A DNA stretch of 64,000 nucleotides. Source: Octopus vulgaris (lineage: Eukaryota). The stretch lies in assembly GCA_951406725.2 (NCBI GenBank), contig OX597824.1:74462001-74526000 (forward strand). Direction: 5' to 3'. This document shows, one piece after another, positions 49,678 to 63,099 of this stretch (position 1 is the stretch's first letter; every line of letters begins with the position of its first letter). The notes under the pieces are model-generated. The model worked only from the letters and a program-made list of their open reading frames with translations, had not been told where the DNA came from and searched no databases. The position numbers and the translations under genes were made by a program.

Positions 49678-50242
49678 TGTATGTATGTATGTATGTATGT
49701 ATGTATGTATGTATGTATGCATGTATGTATGTATGTATGTATGTTTGTATGTATGTATGCATGTACGTATGTATGCATGTACGTATGTATGCATGTATGT
49801 ATGTATGCATGTATGTATGTATGTATGTATGCATGTATGCATGTATGTATGCATGTACGTATGTATGCATGTACGTATGTATGTATGTATGTATGTATGC
49901 ATGTATGTATGTATGTATGTATGTATGTATGTATGTATGTATGTATGTATGTATGTATGCATGTATGTATATATGTATGTATGCATGTATGTATGTATGT
50001 ATGTATGTATGCATGCATGCATGTATGTATGTATGTATGTATGCATGCATGCATGCATGTATGTATGTATGTATGTATGTATGTATGTATGTATGTATGT
50101 ATGTATGTATGCATGTATGTTTGTATGTATGTATGTATATATGTATGTTTGTATGTATGTATGTATGCATGTATGTATGTATGTATGTATGTATGTATGT
50201 ATGTATGTATGTATGTATGTATGTATGTATGTATGTATGTAT
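49488..50242. repeat. (TATG)n tetranucleotide array of about 750 bp with CATG variants
   Basis: Direct reading; explains the six long ORFs here. Confidence 0.98.
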
Positions 50243-50514
50243 AGTTCGAATTTATAGAAAGCAAAAACCAGATATAAATGAGGGAACAACAAACAGGTGT
50301 ATTAGTTTGATGCTTGAGAAAAATGGAAAAGTCTGTGGTGTTTTGAGTCTATGCTCTTTGACAAAAAGGATTGAGAGGGGAAAAAAATGGAGAGAGAACA
50401 AAAAATACAGAGAGAGAAAACAAATGTGTAGGAATTAACGGTTTAATACAATGAAATGGTCAGAAGAAAGAGGCTGAGTGGAAGGGAGATAATAACCATG
50501 ATCTGGCTGAACTA

Positions 50515-51036
50515 AGGTGTGCAAGTGTGTGTGTGTGTGTGTGTGTGAGTGTGTATGTGAGAATGGTGTGTGTGAGTGTGTGTGTGTGAAAGAGGGCAAG
50601 TGTGTGTGAATGTATGTGTGAAAGAGGGTGAGTGCATGTGAATGTATGTGTGGGCGAGCTTAAAATTATGTGGGCATGTGTGTACATGTGGGAGCATGTG
50701 TTTGTATGTGTATAAGTAACTTAGGGCATGCATTTTGCGGGGTGATGTGCATTTCGTGTATTTGTTTGTGTGTGTGTGTGTATGGGAGCATGTGTGTGTA
50801 TGTGTATAAGTAACCTAGTGTGTGTGTTGTGTGGTGTGATGTGTGTTTCATGTATGTGTGTGTGTGTGTAGACATGTGTATAAGGGTGTGAGGCTGTGTA
50901 TAGTGTGTGTGTATGTGTACAAATGCATGGGCCTGTGTGTGCGTTGTGTGTAGTGATGTGCATTTTATGTATTTGTGTGTGTGTTTGTGCATGTGGATGT
51001 GTGCATATGTGTGTGAGGCTGTGTATATACTTGTAT

Positions 51037-51114
<78 letters not shown>

Positions 51115-51120
51115 ATATAA
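50515..51120. repeat. Degenerate (TG)n tract with a higher-order repeat
   Basis: gggagcatgtgt..gtatgtgtataagtaac recurs at about 50690 and 50783. Confidence 0.8.
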
Positions 51121-51739
51121 TTACAAGTATATATACAGAGAGAGTGAAAGAAATTGAGAGATAGATAGATAGACAGATTGAGAATTACTCCCAGAATTTT
51201 CTCTTGTACAATGAATTAAACGAGAAATCATCCAATTGAAAATAGTTACACACCTCACCCTTCATCTTCATTCCATCTCGTTCCCTCACCATCATCTATC
51301 CTCTCCCCAAATGCAGTATACCGATAAACTCAGAGAACTTTCTGGAAATGTAAATATTCCGATTTTGACATTCAGGAAGTTAATATATCCTAGTTGACCT
51401 CGTATAACATTCACAAAATTTAATAAACCTCAGCTGACCTCATATGACATTCAGGAAGTTAATAAACATCATGAGACTTCCATTCATTTTTTGAGGTTTT
51501 TTTTCTTTAAATATATTTTATTTTAATTTCATTAATTTGTCATTGTAAGTGCTGGCATATCTGTGTTTAAGAAGCTTGCCTTGCAACCATGCAGTTTCAG
51601 GTTCAGTCCCATTGTATGGCACCTCAAGCAATTGCCTTCTGCTATATCTCTGGGCCAATCTAGAGATATGGTAAAAGACACTTGCTCAAGGTGTCTTCTT
51701 TATGCAGCTGTCTTCATCTATATGGTATGCACTGGTATG

Positions 51740-52590
51740 GCCATGTGACCATACCAGTACAGTTTTCTCTCTTGCACACTACATCTGATGCCTCTTACAT
51801 TCAATTTTTCTTTTAAAATACTTACATTCCATCGTATATACACACTGACATTACACACCCAGCAAAGCATGCAAACTTAATTTCTTTCAAGCCTTCACAC
51901 ATCCTCTGTAGTCACAGCTCATTTTCACTGTCATAGAGCAAGGCTGTTTGTATATAAACATCATACACTTTGCCTTTCACTCTGAGGGAGAGGCCTTTCT
52001 TCTGCCAGCAAAAGTAGTAGCTCTCTAAACTTTGCCCTGCCAATCCTTATTCTAGCAACTATGCTCCCAGAGCATCTTCCTTCACTGCTAACTTTGTTGC
52101 CTAGGTAATGGAAGTTATCTACTACTTTTAAGGGTTTTCTCAGCATTTGAGAAAGTCTATTTTCTGTACGCTCTTAATGTTTATTGTACCTGTACATCTC
52201 CCACTCCCAAATACTGCTTTCCCTGTTAACCTTCCTGATGACACCAGCGCATTTCTTGTGTGTCCATAGCTTGCATTAGGTATACCTTATAGAATTTCTA
52301 CCTACACCTTTGCTACATATTGAGCAGGGACTTCTCCTTGAAGGGATTAGTAATTTGTCTGTTTTCCTACTTTTTAGAACTTTGGTCTTTGTTAAAATTA
52401 AGTCTAAGACTCTTTGATTGCAGACCTTTCTTCTCTGTCTAGTAGTAATTCAGCTATAAGAACAAGGTCATCGATATAGAGGAGTTCCCAGGAGCAGCCA
52501 GTTTTAAATTCCTCTGTTATAACCTGGAGGACTGTGATAAACAAAAGGGGACTTAAGGGGACTGAAACCTGATCCGTGATAAACTCCTAC
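51740..52590 (-). pseudogene. RTE-clade LINE reverse transcriptase relic
   Basis: LSPLLFITVLQ.ITEEFKTGCSWELLYIDDLVL, then a Cys-rich insert, then VVDNFHYLG.KVS..G.C...IVARIRIG.AKFREL. Confidence 0.85.
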
Positions 52591-52598
52591 TTATATAT

Positions 52599-52638
<40 letters not shown>

Positions 52639-52990
52639 ATAGATAGATCATAAGTCCCTTCAATGAGATGGCCATGCTCAATATATGGAGTTTATTTTGA
52701 AAAGAACATGACTTTTATGCAAAGGGAATGATCATACACAGACCGAAGTTTAAGTCCAGCAAATTTCTTGAAATTTGCTGGACCTTTGTAGGATTCAATA
52801 AAATTTTTTGGGTTCTGGTTTTTTTTTTTGGGGGGGGTCACCCTGTAAAAAAGATGAAAATAATGGATATATTTACCCCCATAGCATTTAAACTGACTAT
52901 ATCCACTCCAATATTCTATTTGCTTTATGTTTAAACTGGCTAGATCCTGCTTCTCACACCTACTCTCAAATGTTGTTTTAAAAATAAACA

Positions 52991-53498
52991 AGCAGGAGTG
53001 GCTGTGTGGTAAGTAGCTTGCTTACCAACCACATGGTTCTGGGTTCATTCCCACTGCGTGACACCTTGGGCAAGTGTCTTCTACTATAGCCTCGGACTGA
53101 CTAAAGCCTTGTGAGTGGATTTGGTAGACGAAAACTGAAAGAAGCCCATCGTATATATGTATATATATGTGTGTGTGTGTGTTTGTCTGTCTGTGTTTGT
53201 CCCATCCCCCAACATCACTTGACAACTGATGCTGGTGTGTTTACGTCCCCGTATATATATATGTATATGCATGTGTGTGTGTATATGTTTGTGAGTCTGT
53301 GTTTGTCCCCCTCCAACATCGCTTGACAACCGATGCTGGTGTGTTTATGTCCCCGTAACTTAGCGGTTCGGCAAAAGAGACCGATAAAATAAGTACTAGG
53401 CTTACAAAGAATAAGTCATGGGGTCGATTTGCTCGACTAAAGGCGGTGCTCCAGCATGGCCGCAGTCAAATGACTGAAACAAGTAAAAGAGTAAAAGA
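52991..53498 (+). mobile_element. SINE family B copy with an internal tandem duplication of about 100 bp
   Basis: Microsatellite plus gtgtttgtccc...gtccccgta segment occurs twice (about 53148-53251 and 53252-53356). Confidence 0.85.
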
Positions 53499-54907
53499 AT
53501 CACATCATTGAAAACTCAAAGCTACGAGATAATGCATGGTTAAATCAAAACAATCATCATCATCATCCTTTAACGTCCGTTTTCCATGCTAGCCTGGGAT
53601 GGAAGGTTCAACCGGGGTCTGGGAAGCCAGGAGGCTGCACCAGGCTCCAGTCTGATCTGGCAGTTTTGTACAGCTGGATGCCCTTCCTAACGCCAACCAC
53701 TCCGTGAGTGCTTTTTACGTGCCACAAGCACAGGTGCCAGGGGAGGCTGGCAACGGCCATGATTGGTTGGTGATTTTCATGTGCCACCGCCACAGAAGCC
53801 AGTCAAGGCGGTGCTGGCATTGGTCACGTTCGGATGGTGCTTTTTACATGCCACCGGCACAGGTATCACAAATACAATTTCCATTTGATTTTTTGATGTT
53901 GATGTACTTGACTCAATAGATCTCCTCAACCACAGCAGACTGTCCTGTAATCCAAGGCACTTTGGATGGGTTGGGGCATCTATGTAAAACTGGTGCAGGA
54001 AACAGCCATGAACTCACGTTATTTGTCGGGTCTTCACAGTCACAGCATATCTCCAGAGGTCTCGTTCTTTCGCCATTGCTTGTGTGAGACCCAACAATGT
54101 GAATAAATAAGCATTATATTTGACAGAATATTCTGAATGCTAAAGGGTTCAAAAATTCAAAATAACGAAGAATTCATTAAAATACCTGCTGCAGAAGAAT
54201 TGTGTCAATGACCAGGCTGCAGATAGTGTGATGAAAATTTTGACATCAAATGGTAAATGTTTAAGTAAAGTTAACAATCTCTGTATGTTTTTGAATGGCT
54301 AATATGAGTCACTCATGCTGAATTTGCTTTAGTTACAACATGTGCTCTCAGATCAAATCAGTTGCCAGACAACTACATCTCTGAAATTTTATTTAAATGA
54401 CTTTGTCCTTATTAAGCTGGTGTTTTAGAACATAAATTATCATAAAATTTTGATGGAAGGATTTAATGAAGATAATTTCAAAATGGGAAGTTTGTATAGG
54501 TGCAGGAATGGCTGTGTGGTAAGTAGCTTGCTTACCAACTACATGGTTCTGTGTTCAGTCCCACTGCGTGGCACCTAGGGTAAATGTCTTCTACTATAGC
54601 CTCCGGCCGACCAAAGCCTTGTGAGTGGATTTGGAGCGTGTGTGTGTGTGTGTGTGTGCGTGTGCATGTATGTGTACATATAAATATGTAGCGAACCACT
54701 ACAGAATACCTAAGATAAGATTCCTGAGCGAATCGGAATTCTTCAACATTGTCAGACAAGTCCTCAGCCCATTGTTTTAACCTTTCTGCCCTGAGTGATT
54801 AATGAGAATAAACTGACCTCTTAGAACTTTTTCGAGGCATTCTTGAGGCAAACCTGATAGTGTAGAATCCCGTTGTTCTTGGTTGACCTAATTAAATTTA
54901 TAAATAT

Positions 54908-55325
54908 AGGCGTAGGAGTGGCTGTGTGACAAGTAGCTTGCTTACAAACAACATGGTTTCAGGTTCAGTCCCACTGCATGGCACCTTGGACAAGTGTCTT
55001 CTACTATAGCCTTGGGCCAACCAAAGCCTTGTGAGTGGATTTGGTAGATGGAAACTGAAAGAAGCCTGTCGTATATATGTATATATATATATACATTTGT
55101 GTGTGTGTTTGTGCGTCTGTGTTTGCCCCCCCAACATCGCTTGACAACTGATGCTGGTGTGTTTATGTCACCATAACTTAGCGGTTCGGCAAAAGAGACT
55201 GATAGAATAAGTACAAGGCTTACAAAGAATAAGTCCTGGGGTCGATTTGCTTGACTAAAGGCGATGCTCCAGCATGGCCGCAGTCAAATGACTGAAACAA
55301 GTAAAAGAGAAAGAGTAAAAAGAGT
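54908..55325 (+). mobile_element. SINE family B copy
   Basis: Homologous to the other family B copies. Confidence 0.88.
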
Positions 55326-55481
55326 ATAACAGAACCAGGGATATGTTCAGGTGACTTGGTACCAAACGAGTTAATTATACTGGGGGTTGATATAATTTAT
55401 GTTTTTCCTTCCCTTCCACCACCTTCAATATAACTGGTTAGCCATTGATGGATACACCTGACCATCAAAAGTTCATGGGAT

Positions 55482-55783
55482 GGTTGTTCGTTCTCGAGCC
55501 ATGCCTGGCTCATAAGGGCCGGTTTCCCAGTTTCTTGGCGTATAGGTTCCCCACCTGGACGGTATGCCAGTCCGTTGCAGGTGAGCTGCAAGATGCAGGA
55601 GGAAAGAGTGAGAGAAAGTTGTGGCGAAAGAGTCAGCAGAAGTTTCGCCATTACCTTCTGCCCGGAGCTGCGTGGAGCTTAGGTGTTTCGCTCATAAACA
55701 CACACATCGCCCGGTCTGAGATTCGAACCCGCGATCTCTCGACCGCGAGTCCGCTGCTCAAACCACTAGGCCATGTGCCTCCA
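55482..55783 (-). mobile_element. tRNA-derived SINE (family D relative)
   Basis: A and B boxes TGGCCTAGTGG and GGTTCGAATCT; TSD caaaagttca(t/a)gggat at 55466-55481 and 55784-55799. Confidence 0.88.
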
Positions 55784-55837
55784 CAAAAGTTCAAGGGATA
55801 GGATCTGTTTGTCTGAACTGATGCTTATGATAAATGA

Positions 55838-55907
55838 ATATCATCATCATCATAATCATCATCATCATAATCATCATCATCATCACCACCACCACCACCA
55901 CCATCAC

Positions 55908-55943
<36 letters not shown>

Positions 55944-56177
55944 AATCATCATCATAATAATCATCACCATCATCATCACCACCACCACCACCACCATCAC
56001 CATCACCACCACCATCACCATCATCATCATCATCATCATCATCACCATCTCCTATCATCATAATCATCATCATCAATATCATCACCATCATCATCATCAT
56101 CATCATCATCACCCCCACCACCACCACCACCATCACCATCACCACCACCATCATCATCATCATCATTATCATCATCA
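55838..56177. repeat. (CAT/CAC)n microsatellite
   Basis: Direct reading. Confidence 0.97.
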
Positions 56178-56179
56178 AG

Positions 56180-56895
56180 AACCCTTAACCGATGCAGCCA
56201 TTCGTTGAGGTGCCCTTTTTTGCTGCTTTCATAGTCAGCCATCCCTCACTGGTCTCAGTTCTCTGTCATGCATAGCATGTTTGCTGTGTTGTAACCTTTC
56301 CAATCCTTGTTGTTATCAAACCAGGATTTGCCACTCTTTTGTCCTCCCTCAACTGTTTCCTGAAGAACAGTAGTTTTAGACAGAGAGTTGGGGTGGGATA
56401 CATGACTACCTATTTCTTTATTACCCACAAGGGGCTAAACACAGAGGGGACAAACAAGGACAGACATAGGTATTAAGTCAATTACATTGACCCCAGTGCG
56501 TAACTGGTACTTAATTTATTGACCCCGAAAGGATGAAAGGCAAAGTCGACCTCGGCAGTATTTGAACTCACAACGTAACGCAGACGAAATACCGTTAGGC
56601 ATTTCGCCCGGCGTGCTAACGTTTCTGCCAGCTTGACTACCAGGCAAGCTTCCGTCTTTTTTACTTGCACAAGGAGTGCTTCCTGTCATCCAGCGTATTT
56701 GTTGATCTGCTGCCTGACAAAGCTGTTTATTTTGTACTTTGTGTATGAGATGTGTAGCAGCCTTCTGAAGCACTTGAGCTTAAATGCCTGGATCCTTTGC
56801 TCCATGTCAGCTGTAAGAGTTCAGCTTTCACACTCATACACAAGGATTGAAATCACCAGATTCTTGTATGCTCTGAATCTTATTTCTGCTGTGTA
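56180..56895 (-). pseudogene. RTE LINE 3' relic split by a family A SINE (56411-56633, TSD tgactacc)
   Basis: YKNLVISILVYECES*TLTADMEQRIQAF..KCFRRLL.I and SLSKT.VLQETVEGG...KSWFDN. Confidence 0.8.
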
Positions 56896-58094
56896 ATTAG
56901 TGAACTATGAACACGAAACTATTTAACTGTTCTCTTTTGCATCTTCTAGGGGATAATACTAAAAAAAAAGTCATGCCTGCTAAGCATATTTGTGGATTCA
57001 AAGTGTAAAATATTGGCTGAACTGGTAGAGCAGTAGTGTATAAAATGTCTTGCAGTGTTTAGCTGCATGCCGTTACATTCTGAGTTCAAACACCATTGAG
57101 GTCAACTTTGATTTTTCAGCCCTCATGGGGCCATTAAGAGAAGTACCTGCCAAGTACTGGGGGCAATATAATTGGCTTTTACTCTTTCCCTTTATTGATT
57201 GATTTCTCTAAGGTATTTTACCTTTTTGTACTGTATGATCTGAGTTCAAATTTCACTGAGGCCAACTTTACCTTTTAACTTTCTGGGGCCTATTAACCCT
57301 TTAGCATTTAAACTATATAATCAACTGTTGTTCTCTCCCCACCAAATTAATGGCTTTGTACCTATGTAACAGCCAATATTTAATGAAGTGTAGATTCTTT
57401 TTTTGTTTTTGCACTGTGTGGCATGAGTTCAAATCCCACCAAAGTTGCCTATACCATTTCTCCTTCTGGTGTTGATAAAATATAATAGCAATCATATAAT
57501 TGATTTTATCAACCCCACCCAACTTCTAGCTGTCTGTCAATCACACTTACATGTTTTGAGAAAGGAAAGTATGTAGGTACAGGCATGGCTGTGTGGTTAA
57601 GAAGCTTGCTTTGCAATCATATGATTTCAAGTTCAGTTCCACCGTGTGACGCTTTGGCCAAATGTCTTTTACTATAGTCCTGGGCCAACCAATGCTTGGT
57701 TGATGGAAACTGTGTTGAAGCTCATTGTGTAAATATATATATGTGTGTATCTATGTATATGTGTGTGTATAAGTACGTATGTATGTATGTATGTATGTAT
57801 CTATGTATGTATGTATTAATGCATGTATGCATGTGTGTGTGTCTTTTTGTTTGTGTTTGTCTCTTCCCATTCACCTCTTGACAGCTGGTGTTAGTTTGTT
57901 TATATTCTCATAACTTAGTAGTTCAGCCTAAGAGGCTGATGAAATAAGTACTGGGTTTGATTTCTTCGACTAAACCCTTCAAGGCAGTGCCCCAGTATGG
58001 CCTCAGTCCAATGACCAAAACATGTAAAAGACAAATCTCCAAGAGGCTATATCATGGTGAAGAGGTATCCATGTGGTATGTTTATGCAGATCTC

Positions 58095-58523
58095 TTTACT
58101 CTTTTACTCTTTTACTTGTTTCAGTCATTTGACTGCGGCCATGCTGGAGCACCACCTTTAGTCGAGCAAATCGACCCCAGGACTTATTCTTTGTAAGCCT
58201 AGTCCTTATTTTATCGGTCTCTTTTGCCGAACCGCTAAGTGACGGGGACATAAGCACACCAGCATCGGTTGTCAAGTGATGTTGGTGGGGACAAACACAG
58301 ACACACAAACATACACACACGCACACACACATATATATATATATATATATACATATATACGACAGGCTTCTTTCAGTTTCCGCTTACCAAATCCACTCAC
58401 AAGGCTTTGGTTGGCCCAAGGCTATAGCAGAAGACACTTGCCCAAGGTGCCACACAGTGGGACTGAACCCGGAACCATGTGGTTGGTAAGCCAGCTACTT
58501 ACCACACAGCCACTCCTGAGCCT
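58095..58523 (-). mobile_element. SINE family B copy (an older plus-strand copy lies at 57576-58030)
   Basis: Homologous to the other family B copies. Confidence 0.88.
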
Positions 58524-59164
58524 ATATCTGTGTAGAAATTTTTTTTTTACAGGAAGATTAGCTGATGGTGAAGCATGTCAGTCACTTCTTCTACACCCTT
58601 GATAATATCCAAGGGAATGGCTGTCAACACTAAGTGATACGACTTGCATTAGTGTCTCTGTAAGCAGTGGTGTGGCTAGAGTGTTTGCTGCTGTGAGTTT
58701 GCTGCACTTCCCACACTCTTCCCCCCTGTCCCCAATAGAGGCTTATACAACAGACTCAAAAGTGCTTCTCCCATAAAAGTGTCACTTGGGGCAAACCACT
58801 TCAATACCCCACCACACCCTAGCTATGCTATTGTCCATAGGTTTTGTTGTCAGAAACCAAAGAACTAGAATATATACAGATACAGCAAAACAGCTTACTC
58901 AACACTCTGACTATTTCGCTAATACACTGTTGAGAATTGGTACTTTTTTTTATTGACCTTGAAATGATAAAACGCAAAGTTCACCTCAGTGGGATTTGAA
59001 CTCAGAGTGTACAGAATGAAAACAAATATAGTGAAGCCTTTCTATCCAATGTTTTCATAATTCTGCCAATTTGCCATCTTAAGCAACACCACTAGCAGCA
59101 ACAGAATTATTCTTCATTTAGCTGAATAAGCAGCATCAATACCAACTATACTATTGCAGTTTTA

Positions 59165-60680
59165 TTACTAACACCACTGCCACCACCATTAATAGCAAAA
59201 ACTACCACCACCACCACTAGTACTTCCCACCACAGCCAACCAGCACCACTGACCACTGCCATCATCACCAACACCACTAGCACCTCCCACCATCACCAGC
59301 CAGCACCACTGACCACTACCATCGCCACTACAACCAACCAGCACCACTGACCACTACCATCACCACCACCAACAACAACAAAAACCACCACCGCCAACCA
59401 GCACTACTGACCGCTGCCATCACCACCACCAAAAACAACAACAACCACCACCAACCAACACCACTGACCACTGCCATCACCTCTACTATCACCAATACTA
59501 CCATCGTCGTCTCTACTAACGTCATAACATTATTGACACCGTGACATCCGTTGCATCGTTACCACAACTAAGTAACACCACCCCTGTTACTAGTGCCACA
59601 ACCACTTCCACTAACACCACCATCACCACGACCACCACAACCACCACTACCACTACCACCACTACAAGCACTACTACCACCACTACAAGCACTACCACCA
59701 CCTACAACACTACCACCACCAACACAACAACAGCAACCACTGTGACTATTAGCAATATCTCCACCACCACCACCACCACCACTACCACTACCACCACTGC
59801 TGCCACTACCACTGCTATCACCACAACAACAATTAATATTATCACTTTCACTACCACCACCACTACCACCATCATCACCACCACCACCACCACCACCACT
59901 ACTACTACTACTAATTCCACAACAATATCACTGTTATGAGGGGGGGGGATTTAACTGATTAAATATAAAATAAAAACAAAACAAAACAAATAAAACCAAA
60001 AAAAACCCAACCACTTCTTCAAACTAGGATGTCACAACATCCGCCACCTACAGCAGATAACATCTAAATGGTGGTACAGGTTCTAGTGATGGTGGTGGTG
60101 GTGGTGGTGGATGGTGGTGGTGGTGGTGATGGTAGTGGTGGTGGTGGTGGTGATGGCTATAGTTGTGATGGTGGTGGTGGTGGTGGTGGTGATAGTAGTT
60201 GTGGTGGTTGTATGGGCAACGGTGGTGGTGATGGTGGTTGTAATGGTGGTGGTGGTGGATGGTGGTAGTTGTGGTGGTGATGGTGATGGTGGTTGTAATG
60301 GCGCTGGTGGAGGGTGGTAGTTGTGGTGGTGATGGTAGTGATGGTGATGGTGATGGCTATAGTTGTGCTGGTGGTGGTGGTGATGGTTATGGTGATGGTG
60401 ATGGTAGTGGTAGTAGTTGTGAAGGTTGTATGGAGTAATGGTGGTAGTGCTGCTGCTGGTTGTGGTTGTGGTTGTGGTTGTGGTGGTGATAATAATAATT
60501 ATAATTATAATGATAATAATAATGATGATAATAATAATAATAATAATGATGATAATAATAATGATAATAATAATGATGATAATAATAATGATAATAATAA
60601 TGATGATAATAATAATGATAATAATAATGATGATAATAATAATAATGATGATAATAATAATAATGATGATAATAATAAAA
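59165..60680. repeat. Low-complexity block: (CAC)-rich tract with a minisatellite of about 60 bp, (GGT)-rich tract, and (AAT/GAT)n
   Basis: Direct reading; ccagcaccactgaccact.ccatc recurs from 59240 to 59480. Confidence 0.92.
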
Positions 60681-62390
60681 GACCAGGGAGTATCATGGAG
60701 GTGGCTCAGCAAGGATGACCTTAAAAAGAAGACTGAAAGCTTAATCGTTATTGCCCAGGACCAGGCGTTGAATACCAACTCAGTGAAAAGGGATGGATAT
60801 ACACTATACAAGTGCAACAGACCTTTGTAGAATGTGTGGGCAGAAAGGCGGCGAGCTGGCAGAATCGTTAGCACGCCGGGCGAAATGCGTTGCCATATTT
60901 CGTCCGCCGTTACGTTCTGAGTTCAAATTCCGCCGAGTTTGACTTTGCCTTTCATCCTTTCGGGGTCGATTAAATAAGTACTAGTTATGCACTGGGGTCG
61001 ATATAATCAACTTAATCCATCTGTCTGTCCTTGTTTGTCTCCTCTGTGTTTAGCCCCTTGTGGGTGGTAAAGAAATTGGTATTTCGTCTGTCGCTACGTT
61101 CTGAGTTCAAATTCCACCGAGCTCGACTTTGCCTTTCATCCTTTCGGGGTCGATAAATTAAGTACTAGTTATGCACTGGGGTCGATATAATCAACTTAAT
61201 CCATCTGTCTGTCCTTGTTTGTCTCCTCTGTGTTTAGCCCCTTGTGGGTGGTAAAGAAATTGGTATTTCGTCTGCCGCTACGTTCTGAGTTCAAATTCCG
61301 CCAAGGTCGACTTTGCCTTTCATCCAAGGCTGCGAGCTGGCAGAATCGTTAGCATGCCAGACGAAATGCTTAGCGGTATTTCATCTGCCGCTACGTTCTG
61401 TGTTCAAATTCTGCTGAGGTCGACTTTGCCTTTCATCCTTTCGGGGTCGATTAAATAAGTACCAGTTACGCACTGGGGTCGATATAATCGATTCAATCCG
61501 TTTATCTGTCCTTGTTTGTCCTCTCTGTGTTTAGCCCCCTTGTGGGTAGTAAAGAAATATGTATAGGCGGTGAGCTGGCAGAAACGTTAGCACGCCAGGC
61601 GAAATGCTTAGCAGTATTTCGTCTGCCGCTACGTTCTGAGTTCAAATTCTGCCGAGGTCGACTTTGCCTTTCATCCTTTCGGGGTCGATTAAATAAGTAC
61701 CAGTTGCACACTGGGGTCAATGTAATCGACTTAAACCCTTTGTCTGTCCTTGTTTGTCGCCTCTGTGTGTAGCCCTTTGTGGGTAGTAAAGAAATAAAAA
61801 TGTGTGGGAAGAAGGTCAAAAACGTAACTCACATTATTGGTGCTTGTGGAAGACTTGCACAGAAAGAGCACAAGCGCAGACACGACAAGGTAGCCCCAAA
61901 CCTTCACTGGCTATTATGTTTGAAGTACGGATAGGAGGTAACAAGTGTTTGGTACCAACATACACCGGAAAAGGTAATGGACGAAAACGGGAAGGCAAAA
62001 TCTTCTGGAACTTTGTCTTCCAGACAGACAAGGAGTAGTAACCTTTAGAAGGGACAAACAAAAGTGCCTAATAATCGACGTGGCAGTGCCAGGAGATCAA
62101 CATATTATCAGGTAAGAAAAAGAAAAGGTTGGTAAATATGGAAACCTGAGAATTGAGCTCACCAAGATGTGGCAATTGCGAGAGTCAAACATAAATATTG
62201 TTACTGTTATTATCGGAACACTAAGTTCAATACCGCCCGACCAGAAGACACATCTATTGCAAAACTCAACTTTACTTGGAACGGCACGCATATTGCACAA
62301 AGCACTGTCTGTCTGAGGTCCTTGGTGTAACTTGACAGACTGTGCAAATCTCCAGTAGACACAATGTCTTCAATCTGCAACATTACGGAT
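60680..62390 (+). pseudogene. R4/Dong-clade non-LTR retrotransposon 3' fragment (zinc knuckle plus restriction-like endonuclease), split by a SINE concatemer
   Basis: SWRWL..DDLKKKTESLI..AQDQALNT; reconstructed CRMCGKKVKNVTHIIGAC; KRRHDKVA; WY.H.P; IFWNF..QTD; LIIDVAVP..KEKEK..KY..L; LLGTARIL; flanked by (TAA)n on both sides. Confidence 0.88.
60846..61798 (+). mobile_element. SINE family A concatemer (about 5 units) within one TSD
   Basis: TSD aatgtgtggg(c/a)agaa at 60831-60845 and 61799-61813; 184-bp period between junctions at 61078 and 61262. Confidence 0.9.
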
Positions 62391-62408
62391 AATAATAATA
62401 ATAATAAC

Positions 62409-62455
<47 letters not shown>

Positions 62456-62469
62456 TAATTATTATTATT

Positions 62470-62981
62470 ATAAATGTCCTGATGCAGTACAAGGCAGTGG
62501 CTCTCATGGCTTCTGATTGGAAGTGTTATCGTGTATTGGAACAGTAAATATTCTGCCCAATATCACAGATTTGCTTGTCAGCTGCTTGACCTTAACCAGT
62601 TGAGTATGTTTTATAGTGTGCATCTCTGATCACAAGCAGAAGTAGTGAGGGAGCATCATAGCCATGTGCTGAGAGGAATTCTTTGGGGTTTGAATAATTC
62701 ACCTCTGGAAACATGGGTGTTTCGATCAACGTCCTTAAACAATCCTTATTCAGGGACCTTTTGAGCAGGATGGGTTACTCGACCTGAAGAAAATTCTAAC
62801 TGGGCCCCACCTTCAAGGTCATGTGCTGTTTATTTTGATATGAGATTACCATGTCGCGCACATATGGTTGTGATGCATGTGCCTAGTGTACCCTTATCAG
62901 ACGGGTAGTCATGATGGGTATACTGGGCTTCATATATTTTACCCCAGTGTCACTTTGATGGCATGCACTGCTCTCTCACTC

Positions 62982-62982
<1 letters not shown>
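62470..62982. mobile_element. Non-coding segment of about 510 bp embedded in (TAA)n; candidate Dong-dependent non-autonomous element
   Basis: Complex sequence bounded on both sides by (TAA)n, with no ORF. Confidence 0.45.
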
Positions 62983-63029
<47 letters not shown>

Positions 63030-63099
63030 TATAATAATCCTCTCAACTAAAGGCACAAGGCCTGAAAAAAAACACGGTGGGCGCGATCCTCATAATGAA

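Noticed and set aside
49459-50438. Six long ORFs (230-313 aa)
   Set aside because: Translations of the stop-free (TATG)n array, open on both strands
55773-56242. Poly-His and poly-Asp ORFs
   Set aside because: (CAT/CAC)n microsatellite with no coding or splice context
59541-59939. Mucin-like Thr-rich ORF
   Set aside because: Low-complexity ACC tract with no signal peptide or supported exon boundaries
60846-61798. CRISPR-like regularly spaced repeats
   Set aside because: Units are whole SINE bodies without unique spacers; eukaryotic context and no cas genes
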